19,784 nucleotides of DNA from Vulcanimicrobiota bacterium (GTDB taxonomy: Bacteria > Vulcanimicrobiota > Vulcanimicrobiia > Eremiobacterales > Eremiobacteraceae), in assembly GCA_963812135.1 (NCBI GenBank), contig CAWETU010000004.1:1-19784 (forward strand). Reading direction: 5' to 3'. Under the pieces are notes generated by a model that was not told the origin of the DNA, did no database searches, and saw only the letters and a list, made by a program, of their open reading frames with translations. Made by a program: the position numbers and the translations under genes. Below, one piece after another: positions 1-7,588 of the stretch; position 1 is the first letter of the stretch, and each line of letters starts with the position of its first letter.

Positions 1-92
1 CGCATCGCGCCGGCACGGTCGGATCCATCGGTGCAAGCGCCGGCGAGACCGTGGAGACCGGCGCACCGCTCGTCGCGTTTCAGGAGGGCTGA
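1..92 (+). CDS. C-terminal end of a biotinyl/lipoyl-domain protein, probably an acyl-CoA (propionyl/acetyl-CoA) carboxylase biotin-carrying subunit; 5'-truncated by the window
   Basis: The frame from nt 3 reads HRAGTVGSIGASAGETVETGAPLVAFQEG*, with TGA at 90-92. This matches the second half of biotinyl domains (A-x-x-x-G-x-V...G-E/D-x-V-x-x-G-x-x-L). It lies upstream of mutase and epimerase genes. The MKM motif is outside the window. Confidence 0.7.
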   Translation, partial: HRAGTVGSIGASAGETVETGAPLVAFQEG

Positions 93-94
93 GG

Positions 95-478
95 ATGGCG
101 CTGCCATTCGTCTTTAGTCACGTCGACATGCGCGTGCGCGATCGCGTGAAAGCAATCGCGTTCTACGACGACCTTTTGGGCGTGCTCGGGCTACAGCGCG
201 GTGAAACGAAGCCCGAGCACGAGTGGGTCTCCTACAGCCGGCGCGACGGCACCGAGCAATGGTTCGCGTTCACGCAAGCTGAGCGCCTCAATCCGGGCGA
301 CGCCCGCATCGCGTTTGCAGTATCGGCGCGTGAAGTCGTCGATCAGGTGGGCGAGCTTGCGCGCCGTATCGGCGCGCGCAGCGTCGAGGGACCCGAAGAG
401 GCGTACGGACCCGACTACTACGCGGTGTTCTTCGAGGATCCCGACGGCAACAAGCTCGAGGTCTGCTGCATCGACTAG
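95..478 (+). CDS. VOC/glyoxalase family protein (127 aa)
   Basis: Shows FSHVDMRV...FYDDLL at the N-terminus, RIAF, and the C-terminal [17 protein letters not shown] motif typical of VOC proteins. A CAGGAGG SD at 81-87 precedes the ATG. Confidence 0.9.
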   Translation: MALPFVFSHVDMRVRDRVKAIAFYDDLLGVLGLQRGETKPEHEWVSYSRRDGTEQWFAFTQAERLNPGDARIAFAVSAREVVDQVGELARRIGARSVEGPEEAYGPDYYAVFFEDPDGNKLEVCCID

Positions 479-512
479 GCCGGGCGAGGCCCGCCGACGA
501 ACGGCACCTGTG

Positions 513-2099
513 ATGCACGAACGCGAGACGGACAGCGGCATTCCGATCAAGCCCGTCTATTCGGCTACGGATGTCGCCGATCTCGATCTAACCCATCAAC
601 CCGCGCCCGGCGAGTACCCGTACGTCCGCGGCATCCAGCGCGAGATGTACCGCGCGCGGTTGTGGACGATGCGGCAATACGCGGGTTTTGCGACCGCCAA
701 AGAATCGAACGAACGCTATCGCTATCTTCTGGCGCACGGCCAGATGGGTCTTTCGGTCGCGTTCGACTTGCCGACGCAGATGGGGATGGACTCAGACGCG
801 CCGCTCGCCGCCGGCGAGGTCGGACGGACGGGCGTCGCCATCGACACGATCGAGGACATGGAGGCGCTGTTCGACGCCATTCCGCAAGACCAAGTGAGCG
901 TGTCGATGACCATCAATGCGCCCGCCGCGATCCTGCTCGCGTTGTATCTGGCGGTGGCGCGCAAGCGCGGCGTGCCGTTCGACAAGCTCTCGGGCACGTC
1001 GCAAAACGATATCCTCAAAGAGTATGCGGCGCGCGGCACCTACATCTATCCGCCGGGCCCATCGATGCGGCTGGTCACCGACCTTATGTCGTACTGCGCG
1101 CAGCACGTCCCTAAGTGGAACACGATCAGCGTGAGCGGCTATCATATCCGCGAGGCCGGATCGACTGCGGCGCAAGAGCTCGCGTTCACGCTCGCCAACG
1201 GCATCGCATACCTGCGCGCCGCCGCGGATGCGGGGCTGCCGGTCGACGACGTCGCGCCGCGCATGTCGTTTTTTTGGAACGCGCACAACAATTTCTTCGA
1301 GGAGATCGCCAAGTTCCGCGCCGCGCGCCTGCTCTGGGCGCAGATCGTGCGCGAGCAGTTCCACGCGAAATCGCCCAAGTCGTGGCTCATGCGCTTCCAC
1401 ACGCAGACCGGCGGCTCGACGCTCACCGCGCAGGAGCCGGAGAACAACGTCGTGCGCGTCTCGCTGCAGGCCATGGCCGCGGTGCTCGGCGGCACGCAGT
1501 CGCTGCACACGAACGCGATGGACGAGGCGTTGGCGCTGCCGTCGCAGTCGGCCGCCAAACTCGCGTTGCGCACGCAACAGATCATCGCGTTCGAGAGCGG
1601 CGTGGCCGAAACGGCCGACCCTCTCGCCGGTTCCTATTTCGTAGAACGCCTCACCGCCGATCTGGCGGACAAGGCACGCGCTTTGCTGGCTGACGTCGAC
1701 AAGCGAGGCGGTGCCGTTGCAGCGATCGAGAGCGGCTGGATGCAAGAGCAGATCGCCGAGAGCGCCTATCGCGCACAGGGGCGTTTGGAGCGCGGTGAGT
1801 CCGTGGTCGTCGGCGTCAACAAGTTCGTCGAGTCCGGTGGCGGCGCTGTGGCGCCGCCGTTGCAGCGCATCGATGCCGCGATCGAACGCGAACAGAAAGA
1901 GCGTCTCGCGGCGTTTCGCGCGCGGCGCGATTCTTCGGCTGCCGCAGCGCGCATCGCGTCGCTGAAGCGAGCGGCGGCCTCGAATGCGCCGTTGATGCCC
2001 GAATTCATCGAAGCGGTGGCTGCCGGTTGCACGCTGGGCGAAGTCGCCGATGCACTCCGCGACGTGTTTTCAGTCTACCATCCAGCGGCGGTGGTCTAG
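513..2099 (+). CDS. Methylmalonyl-CoA mutase, substrate-binding (large/alpha) subunit of a split enzyme, ~528 aa
   Basis: Motifs include [85 protein letters not shown] and VVGVNKF. It ends at [14 protein letters not shown] with no DxHxxG B12 domain. The start is GTG510 or ATG513; the ORF-track start at 201 overlaps the VOC gene. Confidence 0.95.
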   Translation: MHERETDSGIPIKPVYSATDVADLDLTHQPAPGEYPYVRGIQREMYRARLWTMRQYAGFATAKESNERYRYLLAHGQMGLSVAFDLPTQMGMDSDAPLAAGEVGRTGVAIDTIEDMEALFDAIPQDQVSVSMTINAPAAILLALYLAVARKRGVPFDKLSGTSQNDILKEYAARGTYIYPPGPSMRLVTDLMSYCAQHVPKWNTISVSGYHIREAGSTAAQELAFTLANGIAYLRAAADAGLPVDDVAPRMSFFWNAHNNFFEEIAKFRAARLLWAQIVREQFHAKSPKSWLMRFHTQTGGSTLTAQEPENNVVRVSLQAMAAVLGGTQSLHTNAMDEALALPSQSAAKLALRTQQIIAFESGVAETADPLAGSYFVERLTADLADKARALLADVDKRGGAVAAIESGWMQEQIAESAYRAQGRLERGESVVVGVNKFVESGGGAVAPPLQRIDAAIEREQKERLAAFRARRDSSAAAARIASLKRAAASNAPLMPEFIEAVAAGCTLGEVADALRDVFSVYHPAAVV

Positions 2100-2536
2100 T
2101 GGCCGACCGGCCGATCGATCACGTGGCGCTCGTCGTCGCGGACTTGGCGCGTAGCGCGGCTTTGTACACGGCCCTCGGCTTCGACGAACGCTATCGGGAG
2201 GTCGTCGCGGATCAAGGCGTCGAGATCATCGGCATGCGCGCCGGCGACTCGACCATCGAATTGCTGAGGCCGCTGTCTGCCGACTCGCCGCTGGTCGCCT
2301 TTTTGGGCGACAAAGAATCGCGATTGCATCACGTCGCGTATCGCGTGGCGGATATCGGTGCAGAGCTTGCGCGTCTTAGGGGGGCGGGAATGCGTTTGAT
2401 CGACGAGCGGCCACGCCGCGGCGCACACGGCAACCTCATCGCGTTCATCCACCCGAACTCAGCGGGTGACGTACTGATCGAAGTATGTCAGCCATCGGAG
2501 GGAGACCCTCGCAACTACAATTTGCAAGATATTTGA
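2099..2536 (+). CDS. mce: Methylmalonyl-CoA epimerase
   Basis: The GTG start overlaps the mutase stop (TAGTG). Motifs IDHVALVV, IELLRP, LHHVAYRV, PRRGAHGNLIAFIHP and VLIEVCQ retain the metal ligands H/H/E. It is adjacent to the mutase. Confidence 0.9.
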   Translation: MADRPIDHVALVVADLARSAALYTALGFDERYREVVADQGVEIIGMRAGDSTIELLRPLSADSPLVAFLGDKESRLHHVAYRVADIGAELARLRGAGMRLIDERPRRGAHGNLIAFIHPNSAGDVLIEVCQPSEGDPRNYNLQDI

Positions 2537-2550
2537 TACGCCACTATAGT
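2522..2550 (+). promoter_or_regulatory. Putative sigma70-type promoter TTGCAA-N17-TATAGT
   Basis: TTGCAA at 2522-2527 and TATAGT at 2545-2550 are spaced exactly 17 nt, in an AT-rich patch of a GC-rich genome. The -10 lies inside the perfect palindrome CCACTATAGTGG (2541-2552). Confidence 0.45.
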
Positions 2551-2571
2551 GGGGTTGACGGGTCTACGCTG

Positions 2572-2606
2572 GCACCAGCCGCCACGGCAGCTGGTGCTTT
2601 ACTTTG
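2572..2606. terminator. Intrinsic terminator-like hairpin between convergent genes, possibly bidirectional
   Basis: GCACCAGC-C-GCC-AC-GGC-A-GCTGGTGC (2572-2597) is followed by TTTACTTT on +. On the - strand the C/A mismatch becomes a G-U pair. Confidence 0.7.
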
Positions 2607-4161
2607 TCGATTCTGTCAACATCGTGTCGAGTTTGATCTCGAAGGTGCGCTGCCAGGGTAAGTACATCGAAGTCTGCGTCTGGCGCCAACCATCGGGCGC
2701 AAACGAATTGTCGAACAATTCGATCGCGAGCGGCCACAGGAGGCTGCGCATCTGCGATTCTGCCTCTGCGCTGTTGGCACCGAGCGCGTACGTGTCGTAG
2801 CCCCGCGCCCGCAGGTCGGCGTTGAGCCCCGGCCGCACGAGCAAGCGATAGGCATAGTCGTCGACGTATCGATCGAAAAGGAAATTCTCACGCGCGGACG
2901 CCTCTTCGATGCCGAAGTGCTCCGCCAACGAAAAGCAAGTTGCCGCGGACAACGCGGTGCCGGTCGAGTTGGCGGTTGTATTCCACGACGCGTAGGCGAC
3001 CGGGCGCGCCGCGACTCCCGCATCGCGCAAAGATTCGAACGTCATGCGCTCTTGGGGGATGTCGTCCGTGATGAACGTGAGGTCCACGATCGCGACCCGA
3101 TAGCCTTTGCTCACATCGTCGGTTAGCGAGCGGAGGTACGGCCGAAGGTCGTCGGGCGACGCGGTAGGCACGATGACGTGAAGCTTCACATCCATACGAT
3201 AGCCTGTTGTCGGGAGGCCGAGCGCGCGCACAATGCCGGCGATGGTCTGCCCGACGGGTATGTCCTCAAGAGGATCTTGCACGCTTGGTCCCCGCGGGCT
3301 TGAATACTCGATCGAGATCGGTGGGTGCCACGCGGCGGCGTCTTCGATGGCGCGGGTGACGCCCACCATGCCCATCTCATCCGCGCCCGAGCTCAACAGG
3401 ACGCGGTCGTCGACATGCAACTGGGCGACCGATCCGGCGAGCCGACGCTGCTCGGCCATCTGAAGCCCATCGGGCGCGCCGGCGTCGTCTTGCGTGATCG
3501 CCAGCCAGTTGATGTCGCCTTGCGCCGCGAGGGTGATCAGCGCGGCATCGGTGTCGACGTCGCGGGCCCGGGCGCCGGCGTAATCCCAGTAGGCGGCGTC
3601 GGGGATCTTCGCACGCCACGCAGCGAGCTGTGCGGTCTGCTCTGCGCTGGGATGCGCCGCACCCGCCGCGCGGGCATACGACGCGAGCGCGTCGAGGTAT
3701 GGTTCACTCTGCGGCGTCTCGGTCGGCGTCAGTCGCATGATCGTGCCGAACACGTAGATCGGCAAGCCCGGGTGCAAATCGTGAAAACGCGCCAGCGTCC
3801 GGATCCTGGCTTGTGCATCCGCGAGCGGTGTCGCGGCGGTACGCGAAGCGACAAGACCGCCGTACGCCAGCATGTCCGACGAAACCACCAACGCGCTTAG
3901 GCCCGTTGTGTCCAGATCGAGCAGCCAGCGACCGAGCGCATCCGCGTCGCCTGGCTGCGTGAAGTGTCCGAGAAGCTGGCGCGGCGGCATCACGAGCTGC
4001 GCGCCGCAGATCGCCGCCGTCTGCTGCGGGAACTGCGCGGCGGCAGGCCGATCGTCCATCGGGATGAACGCCACGCGGATCGATGATGGTGGTTGTGCGA
4101 ACGCGGGAGCCGCGCCGAGGATAAGCGCGGCGAGGAGGAGCGCTAGACGGAGAGGTAGCGT
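2599..4161 (-). CDS. DUF4127-like protein, probably exported; start is either a non-canonical ACG at 4161 (520 aa) or GTG at 4074 (491 aa)
   Basis: Motifs AFIPMDDRP, SSDMLAYGGLVASR, FGTIMRL, QDDA, GADE, AYASWNTTANSTGTALS, DDYAY and LPWQRTFEI match what I recall of the DUF4127 family. An in-frame signal-peptide-like stretch LPLRLALLLAALILGAAPAFA-Q lies upstream of GTG4074. Confidence 0.75.
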   Translation of the reverse strand, partial: TLPLRLALLLAALILGAAPAFAQPPSSIRVAFIPMDDRPAAAQFPQQTAAICGAQLVMPPRQLLGHFTQPGDADALGRWLLDLDTTGLSALVVSSDMLAYGGLVASRTAATPLADAQARIRTLARFHDLHPGLPIYVFGTIMRLTPTETPQSEPYLDALASYARAAGAAHPSAEQTAQLAAWRAKIPDAAYWDYAGARARDVDTDAALITLAAQGDINWLAITQDDAGAPDGLQMAEQRRLAGSVAQLHVDDRVLLSSGADEMGMVGVTRAIEDAAAWHPPISIEYSSPRGPSVQDPLEDIPVGQTIAGIVRALGLPTTGYRMDVKLHVIVPTASPDDLRPYLRSLTDDVSKGYRVAIVDLTFITDDIPQERMTFESLRDAGVAARPVAYASWNTTANSTGTALSAATCFSLAEHFGIEEASARENFLFDRYVDDYAYRLLVRPGLNADLRARGYDTYALGANSAEAESQMRSLLWPLAIELFDNSFAPDGWRQTQTSMYLPWQRTFEIKLDTMLTESTK

Positions 4162-4841
4162 TGGATCAGTTCCTGATCTTCGCGCAGCTCGGCGGATTTG
4201 TTCGATGCCACGATCTGCCCGTCGGAGAGCACGTGCGCGCGATCCGATACCGCCAGCGCGACGCGCGCGTTCTGCTCCACCAGCAGCATCGTCATGCCTT
4301 CGGTCTTCATCTGCAAGATCGCGGCCGCGATCGCCTGGGCGACGACTGGCGCGAGACCCTCGAGCGGTTCGTCGAGCAGGATGATCTCCGGGTTGGAGAT
4401 CAGCGCGCGCGCGATCGTCAGCATCTGCTGCTCGCCGCCGGACAGCGACTTGCCGACGCTCGTCTTGCGTTCCTCAAGACGTGGGAAGAACTCGAACACC
4501 TTCTTATGATCCCAGATCCCTTTGCGGCCGGCGAGCGTCGCCAGCTTCAGGTTGTCGAGAACGGTGAGGTTGGGGAAGATGCGCCGGTCCTCGGGTACGT
4601 ACGCGACGCCATGACGCGCGATGGTGTAGGGCTTCAGTCCGGTGATGTCGCGACCGTCCAGCGTCACGGTGCCGCTGCGCGGCGGCGTCACGCCGGCGAT
4701 GGTCTTGAGCGTCGTGCTGCGACCCGAACCGTTGCGCCCGATGAGCGCGACCACTTCGCCGCGATCGACGTCGAGCGACACATCTTGAAGGATGTGGCTC
4801 TTTCCATAATATGTGTTGAGTCCGCGCGCTTCTAAGAACAT
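4143..4841 (-). CDS. livF: Branched-chain amino acid-type (HAAT) ABC transporter ATP-binding protein, LivF-like
   Basis: Begins MFLEARGLNTYYG. Has Walker A GRNGSGRST, YVPEDRRIF, LSGGEQQML, ILLDEPLEGLAP and LVEQNA. The ATG at 4841 overlaps the upstream stop (TGATG). Confidence 0.93.
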   Translation of the reverse strand: MFLEARGLNTYYGKSHILQDVSLDVDRGEVVALIGRNGSGRSTTLKTIAGVTPPRSGTVTLDGRDITGLKPYTIARHGVAYVPEDRRIFPNLTVLDNLKLATLAGRKGIWDHKKVFEFFPRLEERKTSVGKSLSGGEQQMLTIARALISNPEIILLDEPLEGLAPVVAQAIAAAILQMKTEGMTMLLVEQNARVALAVSDRAHVLSDGQIVASNKSAELREDQELIQRYLSV

Positions 4842-5587
4842 CAGAGCGCCGTCCCGAGGTAGGCCTGTTGGACCAAGGCATTGCCTTTGATCTCGGCGGG
4901 TGAGCCTTCGGCGATCTTGCGGCCGTTCTGCAGCACGGTGATCTTGTTGGAGAGCGACATCACGAGATCCATGTCGTGCTCGATGAGCACGATCGTGTGC
5001 TGCTTGGCCAGCTCCTGCAGCATCTGCATCGTCTGTTTGGATTCGTCGAGCGACATGCCGGCGGTCGGCTCGTCGAACAGCAGCAGGCTTGGGTTTGCGG
5101 CGATGACCAGGCCGATCTCCAAACGCTTCGTGTCGCCGTGCGAGAGCGTGGCCGCCTGTACGCCCGTGAAACGTGCGAGGCCGACTCGTTCGACGATCGC
5201 GGCTGCTTTCTCGTCCACCTCGGGCAGCCATTTGGGGCGCACGACGATGCCCATCGCGTCACCGTAGGTCGCTTGCACCGCAACTCGCACGTTTTCCAGG
5301 ACCGTCAAGCCACCGAACACGTTGCTGATCTGGAACGACCGGCCGATGCCTTTGCGGGTGATGACGTGTGGCTTCAAACCGGTGATGTCCTCGTCGCGGA
5401 AATAGATCTTGCCCGCCGTCGGCGGAAAATTGCCTGTCAGCATGTTGAAGAACGTCGTCTTACCCGCTCCGTTGGGGCCGATGATCGCGTGGATGGAGCC
5501 TTCTTCGACGATCAAATCCACGCCGTCGACCGCCTTGAGCGAGTCGAAGTACTTCGACAACCCTTCCGTGCGGAAAATCGTGCTCAT
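4841..5587 (-). CDS. livG: HAAT ABC transporter ATP-binding protein, LivG-like
   Basis: Begins MSTIFRTEGLSKYF. Has GPNGAGKTT, RSFQ, LSHGD, LFDEPTAGM, IEHDMD and the terminal QQAYLG. ATGA overlap with the upstream permease stop. Confidence 0.93.
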   Translation of the reverse strand: MSTIFRTEGLSKYFDSLKAVDGVDLIVEEGSIHAIIGPNGAGKTTFFNMLTGNFPPTAGKIYFRDEDITGLKPHVITRKGIGRSFQISNVFGGLTVLENVRVAVQATYGDAMGIVVRPKWLPEVDEKAAAIVERVGLARFTGVQAATLSHGDTKRLEIGLVIAANPSLLLFDEPTAGMSLDESKQTMQMLQELAKQHTIVLIEHDMDLVMSLSNKITVLQNGRKIAEGSPAEIKGNALVQQAYLGTAL

Positions 5588-6585
5588 CCGCGCCTCGCCC
5601 GCAAGTTGCGCCAACCCGCTTCCGCCAGCCCCCAGATGCCCTGAGGCGCGAACAGCACGAAGCCGACGAACACGATGCCGATGTATCCCTCCCAGAACTG
5701 GGTGTAGTTCGACACGTATTGCTGCATGAACTTGAAGAGGCCGGCACCGAGGATCGGCCCCCAGAACGTGGGCGCGCCGCCGAGGAGCGTCATCATGACG
5801 ATGTCGCCGGACTCTGTCCAATTGAGTTGGCCCGGATTGACAGCGCCGTTATAGTAGCCGAGCAGCACGCCACCGACGGCCGGCAATAGAGCCGAGAGCA
5901 CGAATGCATTGATCTTGTACCGCGTGACGTCGTAGCCGAGGAACTCGGCGCGCTGGCGGTTCTCGCGAATCGCGTGCAGCACCGCGCCGAACGGCGAGTG
6001 GATGATGCGCCACATCAGCACCGTGAGCACAAACGCGATGACTGCGCAGAACGTGTAGAAGTGAAGTTCGTTATTCATGTTCAGCGGATTGCCGGGCAGG
6101 ATGTAGTGCGGACGGGGGATGCCCTGCAGACCATCGTCGCCACCGGTCACCGCATTCCAACGCTCGCCGACGAAGAGGAGCACCTGGCCGACCGCGAGCA
6201 TGATCATCGAGAAATAAATGCCGGTGCTGCGCGGCACGATGACCCTCGCGAGCACGAAGGCGAGCAGCATCGCGCCGGCGAGCGCCAGCAGCATCGCCGG
6301 CCAAAATGTCCAGCCGTGGTTGAGGATCATGAACGCGGCGATATATCCGGCGATACCGACGAACGTCGCGTGGCCGAATGAGAGCTCGCCCGTGTGGCCG
6401 TAGAGCAGATTGAAGCCGAGCGCGATCATGCCGAAGATCACCATGTTCGTGGCAAGCGCGACGTTGCTCTTGAGCACGTGCTCCATGACCCACGGGAGGA
6501 TGAAGAGCACGACCGCCCAGGCGAGCAGCGGCACCAGACCGTTCCAGCCGCTGCGCGATCGAACTGCTGGCTCGACGGCGGCCAT
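5584..6585 (-). CDS. livM: HAAT ABC transporter permease, LivM-like
   Basis: Hydrophobic multi-TM protein with NLLYGHTGELSFGHA, GIYFSMIML, TGGDDG, AIRENRQRAEFLGY and LLGG..TFWGPILGA. Start ATG6585 in a TGATG overlap. Confidence 0.92.
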   Translation of the reverse strand: MAAVEPAVRSRSGWNGLVPLLAWAVVLFILPWVMEHVLKSNVALATNMVIFGMIALGFNLLYGHTGELSFGHATFVGIAGYIAAFMILNHGWTFWPAMLLALAGAMLLAFVLARVIVPRSTGIYFSMIMLAVGQVLLFVGERWNAVTGGDDGLQGIPRPHYILPGNPLNMNNELHFYTFCAVIAFVLTVLMWRIIHSPFGAVLHAIRENRQRAEFLGYDVTRYKINAFVLSALLPAVGGVLLGYYNGAVNPGQLNWTESGDIVMMTLLGGAPTFWGPILGAGLFKFMQQYVSNYTQFWEGYIGIVFVGFVLFAPQGIWGLAEAGWRNLRARRG

Positions 6586-7487
6586 CAGTCGAACAGCCCT
6601 TCCGTGCCGAACAAGCCGCGCGGCCGCAGCAACAGGACGAGCAGCATGAACGCGAAGGGCACGATGTCTTCGGCGGACGAGCCACCGGGAATGAGCTGAA
6701 CGGTGAACTCCTGCAGCAGGCCGATGATCAAGCCGCCCACCACCGCGCCCCAAAACGAGCCGATGCCGCCGACGATCACGACGAGAAAGGCGATGATGAT
6801 ATAGGTGGCGCCCATGTTCGGATCGATGTTGTACAACGGCGCTTCAAGCCCACCGGCCAGGCCGCCGAGCAGGGAGCCAAGGCCGAACACCACGGTGAAC
6901 GTCAACGGCATGTTGATGCCCAAGATGCTGACCATCTGGCTGTCGCGCGTCCCTGCGCGGATGATCAAGCCGAGATTCGTGCGCACCAACATCAGGTACA
7001 CCAAGACGAGCACGACGACGGTCACGAGCACGACGACCAACCTGAAGGTCGGGTAATGAGAGAAGCCGAGATTCACCGAACCTGCGAGCCAGCCGGTGGG
7101 CGAGAGTGGCTGCGGCGTGTCGCCCCAAATCTTGCGGATCACCTGCACGAAGATCAAGAACATGCCGAACGTGAACATCAGCACGTGCTCGGGAGGCCGG
7201 CCGTATAAGCGCCGGATAAAGACGCTTTCCATGATCATGCCGAGCACCGCCATGCACAGCGCCGCGACGAGTATGGCGGGAAACAGCCCGATCCGCGAGG
7301 ACAGCGTGAACGTGATGTAGGCGCCGAGCGCGAAGAACGCGCCGTGCGAGAAATTGATGACGCCCATCAGTCCGAGGATGATGTTCAGACCTAAGGCGAG
7401 CAACACGTAGAGCATGCCGCGCGTGAGGCCATCGAAGACGGTCTCTGCTATCTGGTTCGGCATGATGGCGATGTAGCTCATCGTCAC
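6585..7487 (-). CDS. livH: HAAT ABC transporter permease, LivH-like
   Basis: Has ALGLNIILGLMGVINFSHG, RTNLGLIIRA and AFLVVIVGGIGS...RPRGLFG. The start may be GTG7487, ATG7481 or the next Met. Confidence 0.92.
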   Translation of the reverse strand: MTMSYIAIMPNQIAETVFDGLTRGMLYVLLALGLNIILGLMGVINFSHGAFFALGAYITFTLSSRIGLFPAILVAALCMAVLGMIMESVFIRRLYGRPPEHVLMFTFGMFLIFVQVIRKIWGDTPQPLSPTGWLAGSVNLGFSHYPTFRLVVVLVTVVVLVLVYLMLVRTNLGLIIRAGTRDSQMVSILGINMPLTFTVVFGLGSLLGGLAGGLEAPLYNIDPNMGATYIIIAFLVVIVGGIGSFWGAVVGGLIIGLLQEFTVQLIPGGSSAEDIVPFAFMLLVLLLRPRGLFGTEGLFD

Positions 7488-7534
7488 CGAGAGAAGCAGC
7501 GTTGCGTTTAGCGTCGTTCGGTCTCCGCTATGTG

Positions 7535-7588
7535 AGAGGCGCCGGTCGCCGGCGCCTCTTCATGGTCCACCGATCGGCTGTGATCGGT
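7535..7588 (-). terminator. Two intergenic stem-loops after the substrate-binding protein gene (partial terminator or mRNA stabiliser)
   Basis: A perfect 11-bp stem AGAGGCGCCGG-TCG-CCGGCGCCTCT (7535-7559) and a 7-bp stem ACCGATC-N6-GATCGGT (7569-7588). There is no U-tract on the - strand. Confidence 0.6.

Noticed and set aside
201..512. N-terminal 104-aa extension of the mutase in the ORF track
   Set aside because: It overlaps the VOC gene in another frame and is low-complexity Ser/Arg/Ala sequence. Homology starts at [11 protein letters not shown].
2511..2554. NrdR-box-like words (CTACAATTTG, CAAGATATTT)
   Set aside because: Each has mismatches at core positions, and no ribonucleotide reductase gene is adjacent.
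2551..2600. GGGGTTGACGGGTCTAC resembling a tmRNA or tRNA 5' end
   Set aside because: There is no TTCGA-type loop, no matching acceptor-stem 3' half or CCA, and no room for the RNA.
2549..2800. 83-aa + strand ORF as the target of the 2522-2550 promoter
   Set aside because: Its GTG overlaps the -10 hexamer (upstream of any TSS), it crosses the terminator, and it runs antisense to DUF4127.
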